From Candidatus Krumholzibacteriota bacterium (GTDB lineage Bacteria; Krumholzibacteriota; Krumholzibacteriia; JAJRXK01), in assembly GCA_963806035.1 (NCBI GenBank), contig CAWDWO010000008.1:1-64000 (forward strand): a DNA stretch of 64,000 nucleotides, in the 5' to 3' direction. A program made the translations under genes and the position numbers. Positions 60,573-64,000 of the stretch are shown here, in pieces. The stretch's first letter is position 1; every line of letters begins with the position of its first letter. Below the pieces are notes generated by a model that saw nothing but the letters and a program-made list of their open reading frames with translations, was not told the DNA's origin and made no database searches.

Positions 60573-62303
60573 ATGGACGCGCAAAGTGCACTGATCCTCG
60601 CCGCCGTGGCGCTCTGCTTCGGCCCTTTGATCGCGGGCGTGCTGCAGCGGCGTTCCAATCTCCATGCCCTGCTGGATGGCTTCATCCTGGTGATGGTGGG
60701 GGGTCTGGCGCTCCTTCACCTGCTGCCCTACGCGCGAGACTCCATCGGCGCCTGGTGCATTCCCCTGGCCGCCGTCGGCGCCTTCCTCCCCCTCTACACG
60801 GAGAAGAAGCTGCACCGCCACGATTCCGACGAATCGTCGTCGATCCTGTGGCTGGCGGTCATCGGTCTCGTTCTGCATGCCTCCCTCGACGGCGCCGCCC
60901 TCGCCGCCAATCAGGAGAGCATGCACGAGCATCTCGCCGAGAGCTGGAGTCTCCCCCTGGCCATTCTGCTCCACCGTGTTCCGGTGGGCCTGCTGATCTG
61001 GTGGTCGGTGCGGCCCCGGTTCGGATGGAAGATCGCGGTCGCGATTCTGGCCGCGATCGGAGCCGCCACTTTCGTCGGCCACGGCCTGAGCCGTTTCCTG
61101 CTGCCGCTCAGCGTCGGACCGGTATCGGGAATCATTTTTTCCCTTTTGGCGGGAGGACTGCTCCATGTCGTGATGGACCACCGCCATCAAGGCAAGCACG
61201 GGGGCATTCTGGTGAGTCCCGCATGGGCCGCCACCGGCACCGTACTCGCGCTGACGATCTTTTTCCTCCTGCCCGATACGGTCCCCCCCGTCCTTCAGCG
61301 CGGATTCCGCAACATGGGCTATCTGTTCATGGAGAGTTCGTACGCAGTGGTGCTGGGCTTTTTGGGGGCGGGACTGATGACCATGGTCCCCGCGCGCTCC
61401 CTCAAGCAACTTCTGCGGGGCAGCACCGAGGCCTCCAGCGCGCTCAAGGGGATCCTCTTCGGACTGCCCCTGCCCATCTGTTCGTGCGGAGTCGTGCCTC
61501 TTTACCGCAGCCTCCACGCGCGCGGAGTGCCCGCGGCGGCGGCAACCGCGTTCCTGGTGGCGACTCCGGAACTCGGTTTCGACGCGGTACTGATCTCCAT
61601 TCCCTTGCTCGGAACCTCCGTCACCCTGGTGCGGCTGGCGGCCGCGTTTCTCGTGGCGCTGATCGCGGGACTGGTGGCGGGAAAACTCATGCCTTCCAGC
61701 GTGTCGAGCAGCCCCGAGGATCCCGCCACTTTCCCACCGAGGAACGATCTCAAGGGGGCACTGGATTTCGGGGTGCGCGAACTCTTCGACGACCTGGGGC
61801 CCTGGGTCCTGGTGGGAATTCTCGTCGCCGGACTCATCGAACCCATCCTGATGAACGGACTGATCGGGCTCATCCCCGCGTTGATCCAGGTCCCGCTCTT
61901 CGGGCTGGTGGCGACCCCCTTCTACGTCTGCGCTTCGGGAGCGACGCCGATCGCGACCATATTTCTGGCCAAGGGCGCCTCGGTGGGCGCGGTGCTGGCC
62001 TTTCTCCTCACGGGTCCCGCCACCAACGTCACCACCTACGGCGCCATCAAGGGCGTCCACAAACGACGCGCGGTGTGGATCCTGATGCTGACGGTTCCGT
62101 TGAGCAGCATTCTCTTGGGATGGATCGTCAATCTCATGCCCGGGCTCGCCGCGACGGTTCCGGAGCTGGGGAGCCACGCTCACGCCTACCACTGGTGGCA
62201 GAAGGCGGGGGTGGTGTTCTTCGCCGCGCTGCTCTTGGGATCGCTCTACCGGCTCGGTCCGCGGGGCCTCTTGCGTCAGGTGGGAATCGGCCGCGGAGCT
62301 TGA
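60573..62303 (+). CDS. Metal permease: ZIP-like N-domain fused to DUF318/ArsP-type permease
   Basis: LHASLDG and LLHRVP (ZIP-like); PLPICSCGVVP, ATPELG, YVCASGATP, GPATN (DUF318). Confidence 0.8.
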   Translation: MDAQSALILAAVALCFGPLIAGVLQRRSNLHALLDGFILVMVGGLALLHLLPYARDSIGAWCIPLAAVGAFLPLYTEKKLHRHDSDESSSILWLAVIGLVLHASLDGAALAANQESMHEHLAESWSLPLAILLHRVPVGLLIWWSVRPRFGWKIAVAILAAIGAATFVGHGLSRFLLPLSVGPVSGIIFSLLAGGLLHVVMDHRHQGKHGGILVSPAWAATGTVLALTIFFLLPDTVPPVLQRGFRNMGYLFMESSYAVVLGFLGAGLMTMVPARSLKQLLRGSTEASSALKGILFGLPLPICSCGVVPLYRSLHARGVPAAAATAFLVATPELGFDAVLISIPLLGTSVTLVRLAAAFLVALIAGLVAGKLMPSSVSSSPEDPATFPPRNDLKGALDFGVRELFDDLGPWVLVGILVAGLIEPILMNGLIGLIPALIQVPLFGLVATPFYVCASGATPIATIFLAKGASVGAVLAFLLTGPATNVTTYGAIKGVHKRRAVWILMLTVPLSSILLGWIVNLMPGLAATVPELGSHAHAYHWWQKAGVVFFAALLLGSLYRLGPRGLLRQVGIGRGA

Positions 62304-62336
62304 GGAGACCGGACATGCGCCGGCACCCGGCCGCGC

Positions 62337-62927
62337 TCAGGCGCCGGTGGCAAGAGCGACGCTGAGAATGGCCTGAACGAGTCCGATCACGAAGCCCAGC
62401 ACACCGCCAAACAGCGTGATGTAACGAAACTGCTTGCGAGAGAAGCCCAGGATGAGCTCCTCGAGAGCGGCGATGTCCATTTCGTTGATGCGGTCCTCGA
62501 TGCGGCGCGCCACGTCGAAGCCGCCGTCTTGCTCGACCGCCTCCTCCGCCATCTCCTCGATGCCCCCGAGCAGACGCTCGACGATCATGGGCTTGAAACT
62601 CTGCGCCATCGCGGCGATGGGTCCCAGACTTCGTAGCATCTCCTCCACCTTGGACTCGACCTTCCGATGGACCCGCTCTCCGGTGAAGAACTCGTGGATC
62701 TCGCGGGTGGACAGAAGCTTGGTCTCGAAGGTTTCGGCGATGTTGCGCGCGATGGTCGCCCGCTGCGCCGGAATCAATCCGGGGGTGAAGGGCAGACGCC
62801 AAGGGCCCAGCTTTTTCGCGGTGTAGGGATGAAAGAGCATCCGGATGGCGATGTCGTTGGTGATCAGACCGATCGCCGCCCCCACGAGGGGGAAAATCAG
62901 AAATTCCCAGGCAGTGACTGCTGGCAT
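62337..62927 (-). CDS. DUF445 family membrane protein
   Basis: GAAIG.ITN.IAI.MLFHP, TPGLIP, I..FGGVLGF.IG. Confidence 0.88.
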   Translation of the reverse strand: MPAVTAWEFLIFPLVGAAIGLITNDIAIRMLFHPYTAKKLGPWRLPFTPGLIPAQRATIARNIAETFETKLLSTREIHEFFTGERVHRKVESKVEEMLRSLGPIAAMAQSFKPMIVERLLGGIEEMAEEAVEQDGGFDVARRIEDRINEMDIAALEELILGFSRKQFRYITLFGGVLGFVIGLVQAILSVALATGA

Positions 62928-63090
62928 GCATGGACCTCCGCGAAAGACGGATACAGTAGCTCCAGGAGGGGCGGGCGCAAGGGCGCGCCCCGGGGCGAAG
63001 GAGGCGTTCCGAAAGACTCGTGAAAAATACTTAGTGCTTTTATGGTAATTATAAATATCTTAGTTTCTCTGATTGTATCGTATTCTCCGC

Positions 63091-63121
63091 TTGCATTTCC
63101 CTAGCTTCGCCTTTTTATACT
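63091..63121 (+). promoter_or_regulatory. Sigma70-like promoter, probably leaderless transcript
   Basis: TTGCAT-N19-TATACT, ATG 6 nt after the -10 element, no SD. Confidence 0.45.
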
Positions 63122-63127
63122 GATTTT

Positions 63128-63793
63128 ATGGAATTCCTCAGCTCTGCGCCCTCTCATCTGGTCCTGGCCGGCGAACTCGTCCGTCCCGGCGCGACGCCCG
63201 CGGCCAGCGCCGTACTGCAGCGGCTGGAAGCGGCGCTGGCGGAGCTCTCGCGCTTGCACCGCCGCCACCTGCGCACGCCGCTGGAGTGGAGCGGAGAGCA
63301 GGGGCGCTTTCTGGCGCTGCTGCGGCACCCCTCTGCCTTCTGTGAGCTGGCGGCGGATCTCGAGACGGAGGCCCCGGGACTGCCTTTGCGCTGGGGTCTG
63401 GGTTGGGGGACTGTCCACGGAGAGCTGCGCCCGCGGGTGCACGGAATGGGTGGCCCCTGCTTCGACCACGCGCGGGCCGCGCTCGCGACGGCACGCCGCG
63501 AAAAGGCCTGGGCATCCTGCCTGGGTTTCGAGGAGGAGCCGCAGCTGCTGCTGAACGGCCTCTTGCGGCTGCTCGGGGCGGTGCGCATGCGCTGGAAACC
63601 GAAGCAGCGTGAAACCATCGCTCTGGCGCGCGCGCACGCGCGCCGCAAGGATGTCGCGCGTCTGAGGGGCGTGAGCGAGGCCACGGTGAGCCGTTCCTTG
63701 GAGGGAGCGCTCTTTGCGCCGGTGCTGGCCGCGGAATCCGCGCTCACCACCGCCCTGGCGCTCTTCACGGAGCAACCGTCCTCCCCATCCTGA
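63128..63793 (+). CDS. SatD family protein with C-terminal HTH
   Basis: LRWGLGWG, MGGP.F..AR.A, W..KQ.E, VA..GVS..TVSRSL. Confidence 0.72.
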   Translation: MEFLSSAPSHLVLAGELVRPGATPAASAVLQRLEAALAELSRLHRRHLRTPLEWSGEQGRFLALLRHPSAFCELAADLETEAPGLPLRWGLGWGTVHGELRPRVHGMGGPCFDHARAALATARREKAWASCLGFEEEPQLLLNGLLRLLGAVRMRWKPKQRETIALARAHARRKDVARLRGVSEATVSRSLEGALFAPVLAAESALTTALALFTEQPSSPS

Positions 63794-63794
63794 T

Positions 63795-64000
63795 CTATCG
63801 AACCGCGCGCATGTTCTCCACGTTGGCGCGCATGACGCTCAAGAAGTCTCCCTCGGCGGGGCGGTTCGCGCAGGGATCGAAGACGACGCTCTGGATGCCC
63901 ATCTGCAAGAGCTTGCGCTTGCTCGCGGGCAAGGGTTCGCCCTCCCAGATCAACCAGCCCGCATTCTGCTTCTGCTGAAGTTCGGTGAGGTGGTCCCATT
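63795..64000 (-). CDS. Metal ABC transporter substrate-binding protein (ZnuA-like), 3' end only
   Basis: Manual translation WLIWEGEP...VVFDPCANRP.EGDFLSVMRANVENMRAVR*. Confidence 0.7.
   Translation of the reverse strand, partial: WDHLTELQQKQNAGWLIWEGEPLPASKRKLLQMGIQSVVFDPCANRPAEGDFLSVMRANVENMRAVR

Noticed and set aside
1..64000. CRISPR arrays, tRNA/rRNA, IS elements, prophage or defence island
   Set aside because: No spaced repeats, RNA gene signatures, recombinase or phage genes seen by eye

Overview
GC-rich bacterial chromosomal window with about 56 genes, mostly housekeeping and envelope functions. I saw no rRNA, tRNA, CRISPR array, integrase or transposase. Secreted-protein C-termini (an FlgD-Ig 'NPFNP' domain and a '...STGFGGLKARFR*' tail) suggest a candidate phylum near FCB such as Krumholzibacteriota, Eisenbacteria or Latescibacterota; this is inference only. 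Contents: secreted hydrolases (M14 and C69 peptidases, EEP nuclease, phosphoesterase, PLD), thiD, arcC, AmmeMemoRadiSam radical SAM and Memo-like genes, a YtrA-type ABC operon, nrtR-nadA, rpiB-tal-nptA-phoU, egtB, aconitase, oxidase-assembly genes (sco, DUF420, fused ctaA-ctaB), a globin, cydAB, peroxiredoxin, brxA, sppA and a PPIase. Five genes carry single-base frameshifts that look like assembly errors. The most striking item is a stand-alone bacterial histone-fold gene (58684-58950, minus strand) with a 28-aa Lys/Arg-rich N-terminal tail. Other leads: the putative C-terminal sorting motif, an SppA fused to an outer-membrane-barrel-like domain, an exported Memo-family protein, a brxA plus small Sm-like-protein operon behind a Fur-like palindrome, and an ammonia-lyase with an Ala-Cys-Gly MIO triad. 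All family calls come from motif recognition by eye; no searches were run.
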